From positions 5,052 through 69,051 of the forward strand of contig CAKSST010000007.1 of the NCBI GenBank assembly GCA_934489895.1: a DNA stretch of 64,000 nucleotides, given 5' to 3'. Source of the DNA: an uncultured Eubacteriales bacterium (GTDB lineage Bacteria; Bacillota; Clostridia; Oscillospirales; Acutalibacteraceae). Within the stretch, counting starts at the first letter, position 1; each line of letters begins with the position of its first letter. Shown here in pieces: positions 1 to 9,884 of this stretch. Under the pieces are notes generated by a model. That model saw nothing but the letters and a program-made list of their open reading frames with translations. It was not told where the DNA came from and did not search any database. The position numbers were made by a program, and so were the translations under genes.

Positions 1-92
1 TGTCAACTTAGGTCCATCACTTCGTGTTCTGTTAGGACTTAATTCTCTTATGAGATGTGGATTTATAGTGCTTTATTATACAAACTGATTTA

Positions 93-890
93 TTATTCGC
101 TCAGATGTTTACGATAGGCAGATGGAGAGATTCCATGCTTCTTCAAAAAAGCCCTGTTGAAGGTTCGAATGGTGGGAAAACCGGACATATTGGCGACCTC
201 TGTGACGGTGTAGTTCTTATTATTTAAAATCTTCTCCGCCTCCGCAAGACGGAGTGAGTTTATATAATCACAAAAGTTCATAGAAATACGGATGCTGAAA
301 ATATGGGATACACAGCTGCGGCTAAGGTCAAGACTGTCTGCAACAGACGCCACCGTCAAATCCTCCTTGTAATGGGCGGTGCAGTATTGCAAAATCTTCA
401 GTGCCGTTTCCCTTGAAAACCCCACCTTTTTTACAGAGAAAAAAGGCAGCAGCTTGCCAAAAATCACCGTTAGATACGCGGCGATCACATCGCTATACCC
501 GTCACGACCATACTCTCGGCAAGCAGTTTCCAGCAGGGATTCCAGCCCGTCATCATGACCGTTTTCAAAACAGTACACCGCACTGTCCGGTACACCCTTC
601 ATAAAGATCTGCCCATACCGCAGCAGATCAAAGGGCTTTATGATTAGCACCCAGTATTCCCCATCTGCACAGTCCACATAATGATGCACCTGATTGGGAA
701 ATGCAAGGAACCATGTACCATCCGCCAGGGTATATTTTTTGCCGTCGCAGTAGGCAGTTCCCCGACCATGCTTGGTGTAGACCAGTTCAATGTCATCATG
801 CACATGTGCAGGGAAATCCGGATTTGTGCTTTGCCTAAAGATTATTTTGGATTTTACCTCTCGAAAAATTGTCTGCATATTCTCACCCAT
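93..890 (-). CDS. AraC-family transcriptional regulator (cupin-type sensor domain + AraC HTH)
   Basis: 265-aa ORF. N-terminal cupin-like segment (FPAHVHDDIELVY ... FPNQVHHY). C-terminal AraC double HTH (YTVTEVANMSGFPTIRTFNRAFLKKHGISPSAYRK). Divergent from the GH3 gene. Start could be M1 or M5. Confidence 0.85.
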   Translation of the reverse strand: MGENMQTIFREVKSKIIFRQSTNPDFPAHVHDDIELVYTKHGRGTAYCDGKKYTLADGTWFLAFPNQVHHYVDCADGEYWVLIIKPFDLLRYGQIFMKGVPDSAVYCFENGHDDGLESLLETACREYGRDGYSDVIAAYLTVIFGKLLPFFSVKKVGFSRETALKILQYCTAHYKEDLTVASVADSLDLSRSCVSHIFSIRISMNFCDYINSLRLAEAEKILNNKNYTVTEVANMSGFPTIRTFNRAFLKKHGISPSAYRKHLSE

Positions 891-988
891 ATTTGCATTT
901 ATTGTCCAGAAAATCCGTTATTATTTCTTGCATCATAGCATAAATTGTCTTAAAATACAAGTGATTATTCAATAGGAGGTCCTGAAAT

Positions 989-3316
989 ATGAATATCAGA
1001 CACCAACACGATATCGTAAAAGCCGAGCGGTGGAACCGATATAAGTACAACCTGACCACCAATATCGGTGAAAACGGCACCCGCATCTCCGGTTGCCCTG
1101 AGCATATTGCCCTGTCCAGAAATATTGCAGGCGAGGGTATGGTGCTGCTGGAAAACAACGGCTTGCTGCCCCTGAAAGCAGGAACCAGGGTCGCCCTGTT
1201 CGGCACCGGCACGTTGGAGTATATCCAGGGCGGTGGCGGTAGCGGCAAGGTATATCCTGCCTATGTTCGCAATCTTTATGAGGGATTCGTGGAAAAAGCA
1301 CCTAAAATCAACATTTATGAACCCCTAACTCAATTTTATTTTGATTATGCTTCCTCCCACATGGAAACTCTGGGAACTAAAGATATCCTCGCCGAGCCTG
1401 TAGTGCCCGAGGATTTGCTTTCCGATGCTGCCAGAAATGCAGACGTAGCCATTCTTGTGATCCACCGCTATTCCGGCGAAGGCTGGGATCGCAGCGCACA
1501 AAAAGGGGATTTCTACTTAACGGATATGGAAGAAAAACTGGTACAGGATGTGACCGGAGAATTTGCTCACACTGTGGTAGTTCTAAATGTGGGCGGTATG
1601 GTAGACACCGCCTGGATTCGGGCCAATCCCAAAATCGACGGCGCACTCCTTGCCTGGCAGGCAGGTATGGAGGGCGGTCTTGCCATAGCCGATATTCTGT
1701 GTGGCGATGTAAACCCGTCCGGCAAACTGACCGACACTTTTGCCAAGGAATTTTCCGATTATCCCAGTGCCGACACTTTCAACGAAAGTGACGACTATGT
1801 GGAATACTTTGAAGATATCTATGTAGGCTACCGCTACTTTGAAACCATACCTGGCGCAAGTTTAAAGGTTGTATATCCCTTTGGTTACGGTCTTTCTTAT
1901 ACTGAATTTTCTATTAGCAAGCCGCTTGCCACCTTAAATGATGACAAAATCACAATAAAAACCACGGTCAAAAACATAGGTGAATTTGCAGGCAAAGAGG
2001 TTGTTCAGGCTTATGTTTCCGCTCCCCGGGGAGTTTTGGGTAAAAGTAAAATTTCTCTTGCGGGTTTCAAAAAAACCAAGCTTTTAACACCGGGGGAAGA
2101 ACAAGATATCATTATTGAGTTCAAGGTTGCCGATATGGCAAGCTATGATGACCTTGGTAAGCTTAAAATGTCGGCATTTGTATTAGAACAAGGTGAATAT
2201 ATATTTTATGTAGGCAACAGCTGCCGAAATTTAGCCGCCGCTGACTACCGCTATACCGTTGACAAAAACTTTGTAGTAACAAATCAGGTTTCTCAAAAAT
2301 GTGCTCCCAACAAACTTGAAAAAAGAATGTTATCAGACGGCAGTTTTGAAAAACTTCCGTCATTCCCAATAAAAAGCTATGATGACGTACTTGCTTTTAC
2401 AAACAACGAAGATGCTCCCGAATCTGTAAAGCCATTCCAATTAGCAGATGTAGCTGACGGAAAAATTACACTTGATCAATTTGTTTCGCAAATGACAGAT
2501 GATGAGCTTATACAGCTTATGAGTGGTGTTCCCAGCCAAGGGGTTGCAAATACAAACGGCTTTGGCGGCATTGAAAGGCTTGGCATTCCCGCAGTTATGA
2601 CTGTGGACGGCCCTGCCGGAGTGCGACTACATATCGGTGTTGGCATTGCAACCACCGCCTGGCCCTGTGCTACTTTGCTTGCGTGCACCTGGAATCCCGA
2701 TTTGGCTTACAAAATAGGCAAAGCCGGTGCATTAGAAGCCAAGGAAAACGGACTCGCCATCTGGCTTACACCTGCGCTTAACATACATCGCAATCCTCTT
2801 TGTGGCAGAAACTTTGAATATTTCAGCGAGGATCCGCTGATTGCCGGCAAATTTGCTGCTGCGAAGGTAAACGGTATTCAAAGCGTAAATATCGCTGCTT
2901 CCGCAAAGCATTTTGCATGCAACAACAAAGAAACAAACAGAAAATACAGCGATAGCCGGGTTTCCGAACGCGCACTTCGTGAAATTTATTTGCGTGGGTT
3001 TGAAATTTGCGTTAAAGAAGCACAACCCTGGACCATAATGAGCAGCTACAATCTTGTAAATGGAAGAAGATGTTGCACCGGTTTTGAACAGATTCAAGGT
3101 ATCTTGCGTGATGAATGGGGCTTTAAGGGTATGGTAACGTCCGACTGGGACACACCCTGTGACCAGACGTATTGTGTGCTTTCGGGTAATGATATCCGTA
3201 TGCCAAGCGGCGACCCCGTGATTCTTAAACAATCTCTTGAAAACGGCAGACTCAAGCGTGGACATTTAGAGCTTAATGCCAAACGCATTCTGGAAATGAT
3301 TTTGAAGCTGGATTGA
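989..3316 (+). CDS. Glycoside hydrolase family 3 (beta-glucosidase-like) with permuted domain order
   Basis: 775-aa ORF. GH3 C-terminal alpha/beta-sandwich motifs come first (LLENNGLLPL, VAILVIHRYSGEGWDR, VVVLNVGGMVD, NPSGKLTDTF, YPFGYGLSYTEF). An FnIII-like segment follows. The GH3 barrel comes last (GIPAVMTVDGPAGVR, KHFACNN, MSSYNLVNG, GFKGMVTSDWD with the SDW nucleophile motif). Confidence 0.9.
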   Translation: MNIRHQHDIVKAERWNRYKYNLTTNIGENGTRISGCPEHIALSRNIAGEGMVLLENNGLLPLKAGTRVALFGTGTLEYIQGGGGSGKVYPAYVRNLYEGFVEKAPKINIYEPLTQFYFDYASSHMETLGTKDILAEPVVPEDLLSDAARNADVAILVIHRYSGEGWDRSAQKGDFYLTDMEEKLVQDVTGEFAHTVVVLNVGGMVDTAWIRANPKIDGALLAWQAGMEGGLAIADILCGDVNPSGKLTDTFAKEFSDYPSADTFNESDDYVEYFEDIYVGYRYFETIPGASLKVVYPFGYGLSYTEFSISKPLATLNDDKITIKTTVKNIGEFAGKEVVQAYVSAPRGVLGKSKISLAGFKKTKLLTPGEEQDIIIEFKVADMASYDDLGKLKMSAFVLEQGEYIFYVGNSCRNLAAADYRYTVDKNFVVTNQVSQKCAPNKLEKRMLSDGSFEKLPSFPIKSYDDVLAFTNNEDAPESVKPFQLADVADGKITLDQFVSQMTDDELIQLMSGVPSQGVANTNGFGGIERLGIPAVMTVDGPAGVRLHIGVGIATTAWPCATLLACTWNPDLAYKIGKAGALEAKENGLAIWLTPALNIHRNPLCGRNFEYFSEDPLIAGKFAAAKVNGIQSVNIAASAKHFACNNKETNRKYSDSRVSERALREIYLRGFEICVKEAQPWTIMSSYNLVNGRRCCTGFEQIQGILRDEWGFKGMVTSDWDTPCDQTYCVLSGNDIRMPSGDPVILKQSLENGRLKRGHLELNAKRILEMILKLD

Positions 3317-3328
3317 AGCTCGGATATA

Positions 3329-3360
3329 ACGAAAGCGAGGGGAATCCCCCTCGCTTTCGT
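3329..3360. terminator. Bidirectional intrinsic terminator between convergent GH3 and oxidoreductase genes
   Basis: 14-bp perfect stem acgaaagcgagggg / cccctcgctttcgt with a 4-nt loop, directly between the two stop codons. Confidence 0.75.
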
Positions 3361-4344
3361 TTATATAACTCTTAAAACAACCTTACCAACATTCTGTCCT
3401 TTATATAGAATGTCGTGTGCTGTTTCTGCGTCTTGTATCGGTAAAACCTTATAAATAGTAGGCTTTACTTCTCCGCTTTCTACTTTGGGCCACACGTTCT
3501 TTACGAGATCGGCTAAAATTTGGGCCTTAACTTCAGGTGTGCGAGAGCGAAGTGTTGAACCGATAATACGAACATTGCGAACATATATATTTTTAAGGTC
3601 GATTTCGGTTTTTGTGCCTGCAAGTGCGGCAATCATTATCCAACGTGCGCCATGCTTTAAGAAGTGGATACATTTGCCCATTATTTCACCACCCAAGCAG
3701 TCAATAGCAACATCAACTCCGTGACCGCTTTCTAATTCTTCTTTAAGCACTTTCACAATGTCTTCTTTGGTAGTTACAACCACTCTGTCGGCGTTTAAAT
3801 GCTTTATATTCTCGGCGATTTCATCGGTTAAAACCGTGGTGATAACTCTAACACCGAATGCCTTAGCCATAGGAATAATAACGCTTGCAAGACCGCTTGC
3901 GCCTGCGTTCATCAAAAGGGTGTTCCCCTCTTTAATACCGCCCTCTATAAAGAGATTTAAGTATGCTGTTGCAAATGCTTCGGGTATTGCCGCCGCTTCA
4001 ACCATAGAGCAATTTTTTGGAACGGGCATAAGCATATCGTATTTCACATTGGCATACTCGGCATAACCGCCGCCACCAAGCAAAGCGCAAACCTTATCGC
4101 CAATTTCCCAATTCGATTTTTCTTTAGCACCGTCGGCAATCTCTACTATGGTGCCCGCTATTTCGAGCCCCATCCATTCGGGACAGCCTGCAGGCGGGGG
4201 ATAATCCCCCTCTCTCTGCATTAAATCGGCACGGTTCAGCGCCGCCGCTTCAATTTTTACAAGGCAGTCGTCATTGCCTAAAATCGGATCGGGCACATTG
4301 TCCCATCTTAAACTTCTGTCATCGTTTACTAAAATTGCTTTCAT
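3361..4344 (-). CDS. NAD(P)H:quinone oxidoreductase / zeta-crystallin-type medium-chain dehydrogenase (copy 1)
   Basis: MDR-family motifs (ALNRADLMQREGDYPPP, ALLGGGGYAEYA, NAGASGLASVIIPMAKAFG). Start placed at MKAILVNDD, which has a GAGGG RBS. Close paralogue of 7211..8197. Confidence 0.85.
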   Translation of the reverse strand: MKAILVNDDRSLRWDNVPDPILGNDDCLVKIEAAALNRADLMQREGDYPPPAGCPEWMGLEIAGTIVEIADGAKEKSNWEIGDKVCALLGGGGYAEYANVKYDMLMPVPKNCSMVEAAAIPEAFATAYLNLFIEGGIKEGNTLLMNAGASGLASVIIPMAKAFGVRVITTVLTDEIAENIKHLNADRVVVTTKEDIVKVLKEELESGHGVDVAIDCLGGEIMGKCIHFLKHGARWIMIAALAGTKTEIDLKNIYVRNVRIIGSTLRSRTPEVKAQILADLVKNVWPKVESGEVKPTIYKVLPIQDAETAHDILYKGQNVGKVVLRVI

Positions 4345-4498
4345 ATAATTTTCCCTCAATTCTATAAAATATTTTCGTGATATTGCACTTAAATATTCAA
4401 CAAATTTATTCTTTGAAACAGATTTGTTGCGTAAAATTCAAAGCCTCATAATTTAAAATCATATTACAGCCTCCTGCTTTCAAATATGATGTGACCGA

Positions 4499-5347
4499 CT
4501 AAGAAATTTGCTTAAAGCCTTCTCCAATGACCTCATTCACGTTTCCGATAATTATAAACGCCTTTTTATCAATCTCTTTTATCATATTTAAATATTTAGG
4601 AAGTTCTTTCGGGGCAACAATGCACATAAGCATAACGGTTTCGATGTTAGAATACATTCCGACGCTGTGGATGCCTGTTATACCCCGCTCGTATTTCACA
4701 AGAATCTGTTTTGCTATTTCATCTTTTTTCTGCGAAATTATCATAAGCATTTTTGCCTCATCACCCGAGGTTATCAGCTTATCGGTAATCAAAGACGATA
4801 CAAACAATGTCATAACAGAGTAGAAAGTTATGGTAAAGCTTTTAAAAACTACTCCCGATAAAATTACAACCGCACAATCAATTATCATTATCAATCTTGC
4901 AAGAGGAATATGCCCAAAAAACTTTTTTAAAATAAGTCCGGCAAAATCGCTGCCGCCGGTTGAAGCGTCTACCTTTACCACAAGACCGACGCCTGCGCCC
5001 ATTAGTATTCCGCCTGAAATTGCAGCTATAATCTGATTTTCCTTATATACCGGAAAACCGCTTGTCAGCTCTAAAAACAGCGACAGAAGAACAGTTCCCA
5101 ACACAGTTTTAAGAACAGCGTACCGACCGAGACTTTTATATCCGAAGAAAAACAATACGGCATTAAAAACTATATTGGTTATTGAAATTCTGATTTTGAA
5201 CAAGTGGTAAAGTATTACCCCGACAGATGAAATGCCGCCGGCAGAAATATTATTCGGCAGCAAAAACACATTTATTGATACGGCAAGCAAAAAGCAGCCT
5301 TCCGTTATGAACAAAAATTCATAAATGTACTTTTTAATGTTTTTCAT
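4499..5347 (-). CDS. YitT-family integral membrane protein (DUF161 repeats + C-terminal DUF2179)
   Basis: 282-aa ORF, multi-TM N-terminal part (AGGISSVGVILYHL, STGGSDFAGLIL) and a soluble C-terminal domain (GITGIHSVGMYS ... AFIIIGNVNEVIGEGF). Confidence 0.8.
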   Translation of the reverse strand: MKNIKKYIYEFLFITEGCFLLAVSINVFLLPNNISAGGISSVGVILYHLFKIRISITNIVFNAVLFFFGYKSLGRYAVLKTVLGTVLLSLFLELTSGFPVYKENQIIAAISGGILMGAGVGLVVKVDASTGGSDFAGLILKKFFGHIPLARLIMIIDCAVVILSGVVFKSFTITFYSVMTLFVSSLITDKLITSGDEAKMLMIISQKKDEIAKQILVKYERGITGIHSVGMYSNIETVMLMCIVAPKELPKYLNMIKEIDKKAFIIIGNVNEVIGEGFKQIS

Positions 5348-5350
5348 ACT

Positions 5351-6400
5351 TTACTGATCTCCCCGTTCCGATAAATCGGCATAGATGGCATTATACAAAT
5401 CTTCACGCATTTTTTCTATTACCCCATAATCATAGCCTTTGAAATTATTCTTCATATTAGCAAATCTTGTAGCGTTTGTAAGAATAATAACATATAAATT
5501 TTCTTTACGGTTAAAAAACAAAGAAGTTCCGGTATGACCGCAATGACCGCAGCTTCCGATTGGGAACAGCTTGCCCGTTTGATTATATTTTTCGTCAACT
5601 ATAAGCCAACCGAGTCCCCAGCCTTCTCCTAAATCGCCGACATAATTTTTTTCCGCCAAATCATATATTTCTTTCGGATACAAAGCGGAGTCTTTCCGCA
5701 TAACGGCTTTCATAAATTTGTCTATATCACCGAGCGTAAAGAATTGACCTCCCGAACCTGCGGAGGTTTGCAATATTCTTATATTCTCGTCATCCCAGGG
5801 GTGAGCAAGTCCGTTGACGTTTTCAGTACGGTAGCAAACGGCGGCATTCGGCTCGTCAAGCTCAATATTGAATTTACTCCTTGTGTAACCGAGCGGCTTT
5901 TTAATCTTTTCGTTAAAGACCTCTTCAAGGGCTTTACCGTATATTTTTTCAATAATATAACCGAGTAAGATCATTCCGTTGCAGGAATATTGCTGACGCG
6001 TCCCCGGCTTAAAAAGCAACGGATTATTTATTATCTGTTTTGCAACCGCTTCGTTTCCGCCGGCAACGCTCTCGGGCAAAATAGGGCATCTTGCAATTCC
6101 GGATGTATGCGTAAGAAGCTGCTTAATTGTTATTGATTTTTCCTCATCGGGCACATTGTCAAAAAATTTATCCAAGGTGTCGTCAAGAGAAAGGCTGCCG
6201 TTACCCACCGCATTTAAAATAAGCGTAGATGTTACAAGAACCTTTCCCATACTTGCAATATCGAAATATGTGTCCTTGTTTACATTATCGGACATCAATG
6301 ACCTTTCCTGCCCATCCTTGCTTACAAGAACGGCGTAGGAATCGAAGTCCTTTTCTTTAATCATTTTATCAATTAACTTTTCGGTACTGTTCAAGTTCAT
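5351..6400 (-). CDS. Serine hydrolase, beta-lactamase/esterase (class C / EstB-like) family
   Basis: SxxK motif (ASMGKV) near the N-terminus and an HTG triad (GHCGHTGTS) near the C-terminus. No signal peptide. ATG at 6400 preferred over the upstream TTG at 6418. Confidence 0.8.
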   Translation of the reverse strand: MNLNSTEKLIDKMIKEKDFDSYAVLVSKDGQERSLMSDNVNKDTYFDIASMGKVLVTSTLILNAVGNGSLSLDDTLDKFFDNVPDEEKSITIKQLLTHTSGIARCPILPESVAGGNEAVAKQIINNPLLFKPGTRQQYSCNGMILLGYIIEKIYGKALEEVFNEKIKKPLGYTRSKFNIELDEPNAAVCYRTENVNGLAHPWDDENIRILQTSAGSGGQFFTLGDIDKFMKAVMRKDSALYPKEIYDLAEKNYVGDLGEGWGLGWLIVDEKYNQTGKLFPIGSCGHCGHTGTSLFFNRKENLYVIILTNATRFANMKNNFKGYDYGVIEKMREDLYNAIYADLSERGDQ

Positions 6401-6428
6401 CTTAAAATCCGCCCCCAATTACGGTCTT

Positions 6429-7187
6429 TCAGCATATTCTCGGCGCGGCGTTTCTGCCGCCGTCAATCATAATGTTTTCACCGTTTATAAACTGACCTTT
6501 ATCAGATGCTATAAACAGAATAAGGTCAATTATTTTCTGCGGCTCGGCAGCTCTGCCGACAAGGGTATGCATACTAGCCATAGCTTCTCTTGTAAGCACG
6601 GGTCCCGGAGATACACACACGCAGCGCACACCGTATTTTGAACCGTATTGCGCCAGCGACTTTGTCAGCCCGAACATAGCCCCGCTTTTGGCGGTCGGGT
6701 AATCCACTCCTCTGCCGTCGCCCTCCATACCTGTAATAGAGCCGATGTTAACTATAAGTCCGCTTTTCTGCTCTCTCATCTGTTTCATAACGGCATGGTC
6801 GAAATAAAACTGTCCCTTAAGATTAACATCAAGTCCCCAATCGTAAACCTCAATAGGAATATCCGGAAATTCAAGTTCCGGGGCAACTTTCAGCATACGC
6901 ACAGCCGTTCCGCCCGCGAAATTACACATTACATCAATACTGCCGAACATCTCTACGGCCTTATCCCGTGCGGTGCATACCTGCCTATAATCGCGCACAT
7001 CACAAGGAACGCCTATTGCTTTTCCGTTACACTTAATGTTAATTTCTTCAGCTTTTTCCGCAAGTGCTGTTTCGTTGACATCGCACATTATAATGTTGCC
7101 GCCAAGCTCCGCCCAGTTTTGCGAGAATAAAAGCCCCATACCGGACGCGGCGCCGGTTGCTATTGCCGTTTTACCCTTGAAATTCAT
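6429..7187 (-). CDS. Short-chain dehydrogenase/reductase (SDR), copy 1
   Basis: TGAASGMG cofactor motif, NFAGG, YPTAK (YxxxK), SPGPV. Paralogue of 8972..9736. Confidence 0.9.
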   Translation of the reverse strand: MNFKGKTAIATGAASGMGLLFSQNWAELGGNIIMCDVNETALAEKAEEINIKCNGKAIGVPCDVRDYRQVCTARDKAVEMFGSIDVMCNFAGGTAVRMLKVAPELEFPDIPIEVYDWGLDVNLKGQFYFDHAVMKQMREQKSGLIVNIGSITGMEGDGRGVDYPTAKSGAMFGLTKSLAQYGSKYGVRCVCVSPGPVLTREAMASMHTLVGRAAEPQKIIDLILFIASDKGQFINGENIMIDGGRNAAPRIC

Positions 7188-7210
7188 AGCTTACCGCTTC
7201 TTATAAACAT

Positions 7211-8197
7211 TTACCGATTAACGGTTAAAACCACTTTGCCCACATTTTCGCCGCGGTAAAGTATGTCGTGTGCCGCCTCTGCTTCGGTTATAGGCATTAC
7301 CTTGTATATGGTGGGTCTTACTTCTCCTGCCGACACCTTAGGCCATACATCGCGCACAAGGTCAGCAAGAATTTCCGCCTTGACGGCGGGAGTTCTTGAC
7401 CGCAGGGTACTGCCTACTATTCTTACATTTCTTACATATATGTTTTTAAGGTCAATTTCGGTTTTCTGCCCTGCAAGAGCCGCTATCATAATCCAGCGTG
7501 CGCCATGGGTGAGGTAGTGTATGCACTTGCCCATTATCTCGCCGCCGAGGCAGTCTATCGCAACGTCAACGCCGTGACCGCTTTCAAGCTCTTCTTTAAG
7601 CACCGCGGCAATGTCCTCTTTAGTCGTAACAACAACGCGGTCTGCGTTTAAATGCTTAATGTTGTTTGCGATTTCTTCTGTTAATACGGTTGTTATTACC
7701 CTCACGCCGAAAGCCTTTGCCATGGGTATTATAACGCTCGCAAGTCCGCTCGCTCCCGCGTTCATCAAAAGGGTGTTTCCCGCCTTTATTTTACCCTCTA
7801 TAAACAGGTTTAAATATGCCGTGGCGAATGCTTCGGGCATTGCCGCCGCCTCAACCATAGTACAGTTTTCTGGTACGGGCATAAGCATATCGTACTTGAC
7901 GTTTGCGTATTCGGCATAACCGCCGCCGCCCAAAAGCGCGCAGACCTTATCACCTATTTTCCAGTTGGATTTACTTCTGGCACCGTCGGCTATTTCAACT
8001 ATTGTACCTGCTATTTCAAGTCCCATCCAGTCAGGGCAGCCGGGAGGGGGCGGATAATCGCCCTCGCGCTGCATTAAATCGGCTCGGTTGAGCGCCGCCG
8101 CCTCAATTTTTATAAGGCAGTCGTCCACGCCCAAAATCGGATCAGGTACGTTATCCCATCTTAATGATCTGTCGTCATTTATAAGTATTGCTTTCAT
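7211..8197 (-). CDS. NAD(P)H:quinone oxidoreductase / MDR family (copy 2)
   Basis: Shares long identical strings with 3361..4344 (DDRSLRWDNVPDPILG, AAALNRADLMQREGDYPPP, ALLGGGGYAEYANVKYDMLMPVP, NTLLMNAGASGLASVIIPMAKAFGVRVITTVLT). Start at MKAILINDD with an AAGGGGA RBS. Confidence 0.85.
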   Translation of the reverse strand: MKAILINDDRSLRWDNVPDPILGVDDCLIKIEAAALNRADLMQREGDYPPPPGCPDWMGLEIAGTIVEIADGARSKSNWKIGDKVCALLGGGGYAEYANVKYDMLMPVPENCTMVEAAAMPEAFATAYLNLFIEGKIKAGNTLLMNAGASGLASVIIPMAKAFGVRVITTVLTEEIANNIKHLNADRVVVTTKEDIAAVLKEELESGHGVDVAIDCLGGEIMGKCIHYLTHGARWIMIAALAGQKTEIDLKNIYVRNVRIVGSTLRSRTPAVKAEILADLVRDVWPKVSAGEVRPTIYKVMPITEAEAAHDILYRGENVGKVVLTVNR

Positions 8198-8213
8198 TGT
8201 TTTCCCCTTCAAA

Positions 8214-8972
8214 TCAGTCCATATTATCTCTTATTGCTTTTACCTTTTTCAAAAGCGGCTGCAGCGGTGTGGCAAAATTATCATATTCGCAAACGCATAG
8301 GTACATACAGCAGCCGAGTTCACCGCCTATTCTCCTTAGTATTTTACATTCTCCCCCCGAAAGAAAAAGGAACGGTACGTCAAGCTTTTCCTTGAGCATA
8401 TTTATCATTTTCAGGTTTTCAAGCTGCTGCTGCATATTCTCGGCGCCTACCACTATTTTTGAAATATCGGCACCGCGGCTTTGGTGTGAAAGCGCGATTT
8501 TAAGCACCTCGTCAGCCGGGGTGACTTTTTGAATATGGGTTGACATAAGCACTTTAGCACCGCGTTTATGCAGCTTATCAATCAAATTCCTTTGTTTCAC
8601 CACTGCGGTTTCGTTATAGGTCATTTCACCCGGCTGCTTATCGAAATAATCCCCCATCATATCACACAAATCGGCGCCGCAATCCGCCAATTCAAGCAAT
8701 TCCTCGGCTAATTGTTCATCGCTTTTACCCTCGTTTTTTGAATAACGGTAATTTGTTACATAGGTCGGTCTGTTATTTACGTGATTAAAGAGGTCTTTGT
8801 AGGTTTCTTTATTTCTGTAACGGCTTTCCATCTGCTCAAACTGAATACCAAACGCCTCTGCACCCTGCGGCGCGGATTTATCCATAAGCTCCTTTATTCT
8901 TGCAGGATTATCCGCCTGAACCATTACTGTAAGGGTGGCTTTATCATTATTAAAAAAACTGTTATTATTCAT
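8214..8972 (-). CDS. Type I 3-dehydroquinate dehydratase (AroD)-like protein
   Basis: 252-aa ORF with AroD-like layout. His-containing strand MSTHIQKVTP resembles SxHDFxxTP. The Schiff-base-Lys strand ADISKIVVGA resembles D(I/V)xKIAV. No other aro genes are nearby. Confidence 0.6.
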   Translation of the reverse strand: MNNNSFFNNDKATLTVMVQADNPARIKELMDKSAPQGAEAFGIQFEQMESRYRNKETYKDLFNHVNNRPTYVTNYRYSKNEGKSDEQLAEELLELADCGADLCDMMGDYFDKQPGEMTYNETAVVKQRNLIDKLHKRGAKVLMSTHIQKVTPADEVLKIALSHQSRGADISKIVVGAENMQQQLENLKMINMLKEKLDVPFLFLSGGECKILRRIGGELGCCMYLCVCEYDNFATPLQPLLKKVKAIRDNMD

Positions 8973-9736
8973 CAGCAGCTCCTGCCTGCGGCATTTCTTC
9001 CACCGTCTATCATAATATTTTCACCGTTTATAAACTGACCCTTATCCGAAGCGATAAAGAGAATCAAATCAATTATCTCCTGCGGCTCGGCGGCTCTGCC
9101 TAAAAGTGTATGCATATTTGCCATAGCATCCCTCGTAAGTACAGGTCCGGGAGACACGCAAACACAACGTATCCCGTACTTGGAGCCATATTGTGCAATC
9201 GACTTCGTAAGCCCAAACATTAGACCGGATTTAGAGGTTGAATAATCCATACCATAGCCATCCCCCTCTTGTCCTGTTATTGAACCGATATTTATTATTA
9301 GACCGCTTTTCTGTTCACGCATTTGTTTAAGTACTGCGTGTGCAAAGTAAAAAGGTCCTTTCAGGTTTACATCAATTCCCCAATCGTATACATCAATCGG
9401 GACATCTGGAAATTCAGGAAATTTTGTTCTGTCAACATTTCGCATTCTAACTGCTGTACCGCCCGCAAAATTTGCCATTATATCGATGCTACCAAATGCT
9501 TCAATAGCTTTATCTCTTGCGGCACAAACCTGATCGTAATTACGCACATCGCAAAGTACACCGAGTGCTTTTCCTACACCTTTTTTATTTATTTCAGCAA
9601 CCTTTTCTTCAAGCCCTTCGTTATTCACATCACACATAACCACATTTCCGCCAAGAGCGGTAATGTTTTGTGCAAAAAGAAGCCCCATTCCTGAAGCGGC
9701 CCCTGTAGAAATAGCTACTTTACCTTTAAAATCCAT
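8972..9736 (-). CDS. Short-chain dehydrogenase/reductase (SDR), copy 2
   Basis: TGAASGMG, NFAGG, YSTSK, SPGPV. C-terminal 40 aa nearly identical to copy 1 (IIDLILFIASDKGQFINGENIMIDGGRNAA). Start at MDFKGK with an AAGGAGG RBS. Its stop overlaps the start of the AroD-like gene (TGATG). Confidence 0.9.
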   Translation of the reverse strand: MDFKGKVAISTGAASGMGLLFAQNITALGGNVVMCDVNNEGLEEKVAEINKKGVGKALGVLCDVRNYDQVCAARDKAIEAFGSIDIMANFAGGTAVRMRNVDRTKFPEFPDVPIDVYDWGIDVNLKGPFYFAHAVLKQMREQKSGLIINIGSITGQEGDGYGMDYSTSKSGLMFGLTKSIAQYGSKYGIRCVCVSPGPVLTRDAMANMHTLLGRAAEPQEIIDLILFIASDKGQFINGENIMIDGGRNAAGRSC

Positions 9737-9884
9737 AGAGCAAACCTCCTTTTTTCTATATTGTAAAATCGGGATTGTATCCAATCAATAGAAAAAATGA
9801 TAGCTTTTTAACATTTTTGATATTAAGTTCAAGAATTATATTGATATTTTTGCCGATTTCGGTATAATAACCTTGGTGATAAAA

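Noticed and set aside
3758-4066. 102-aa antisense ORF that has a near-identical twin at 7611..7919, which looks like a conserved small protein
   Set aside because: Both lie antisense inside the duplicated quinone-oxidoreductase genes. Their similarity is a shadow of that duplication. They have no RBS or independent signals. The same applies to 6648..7130 and 9323..9694, antisense to the SDR copies.
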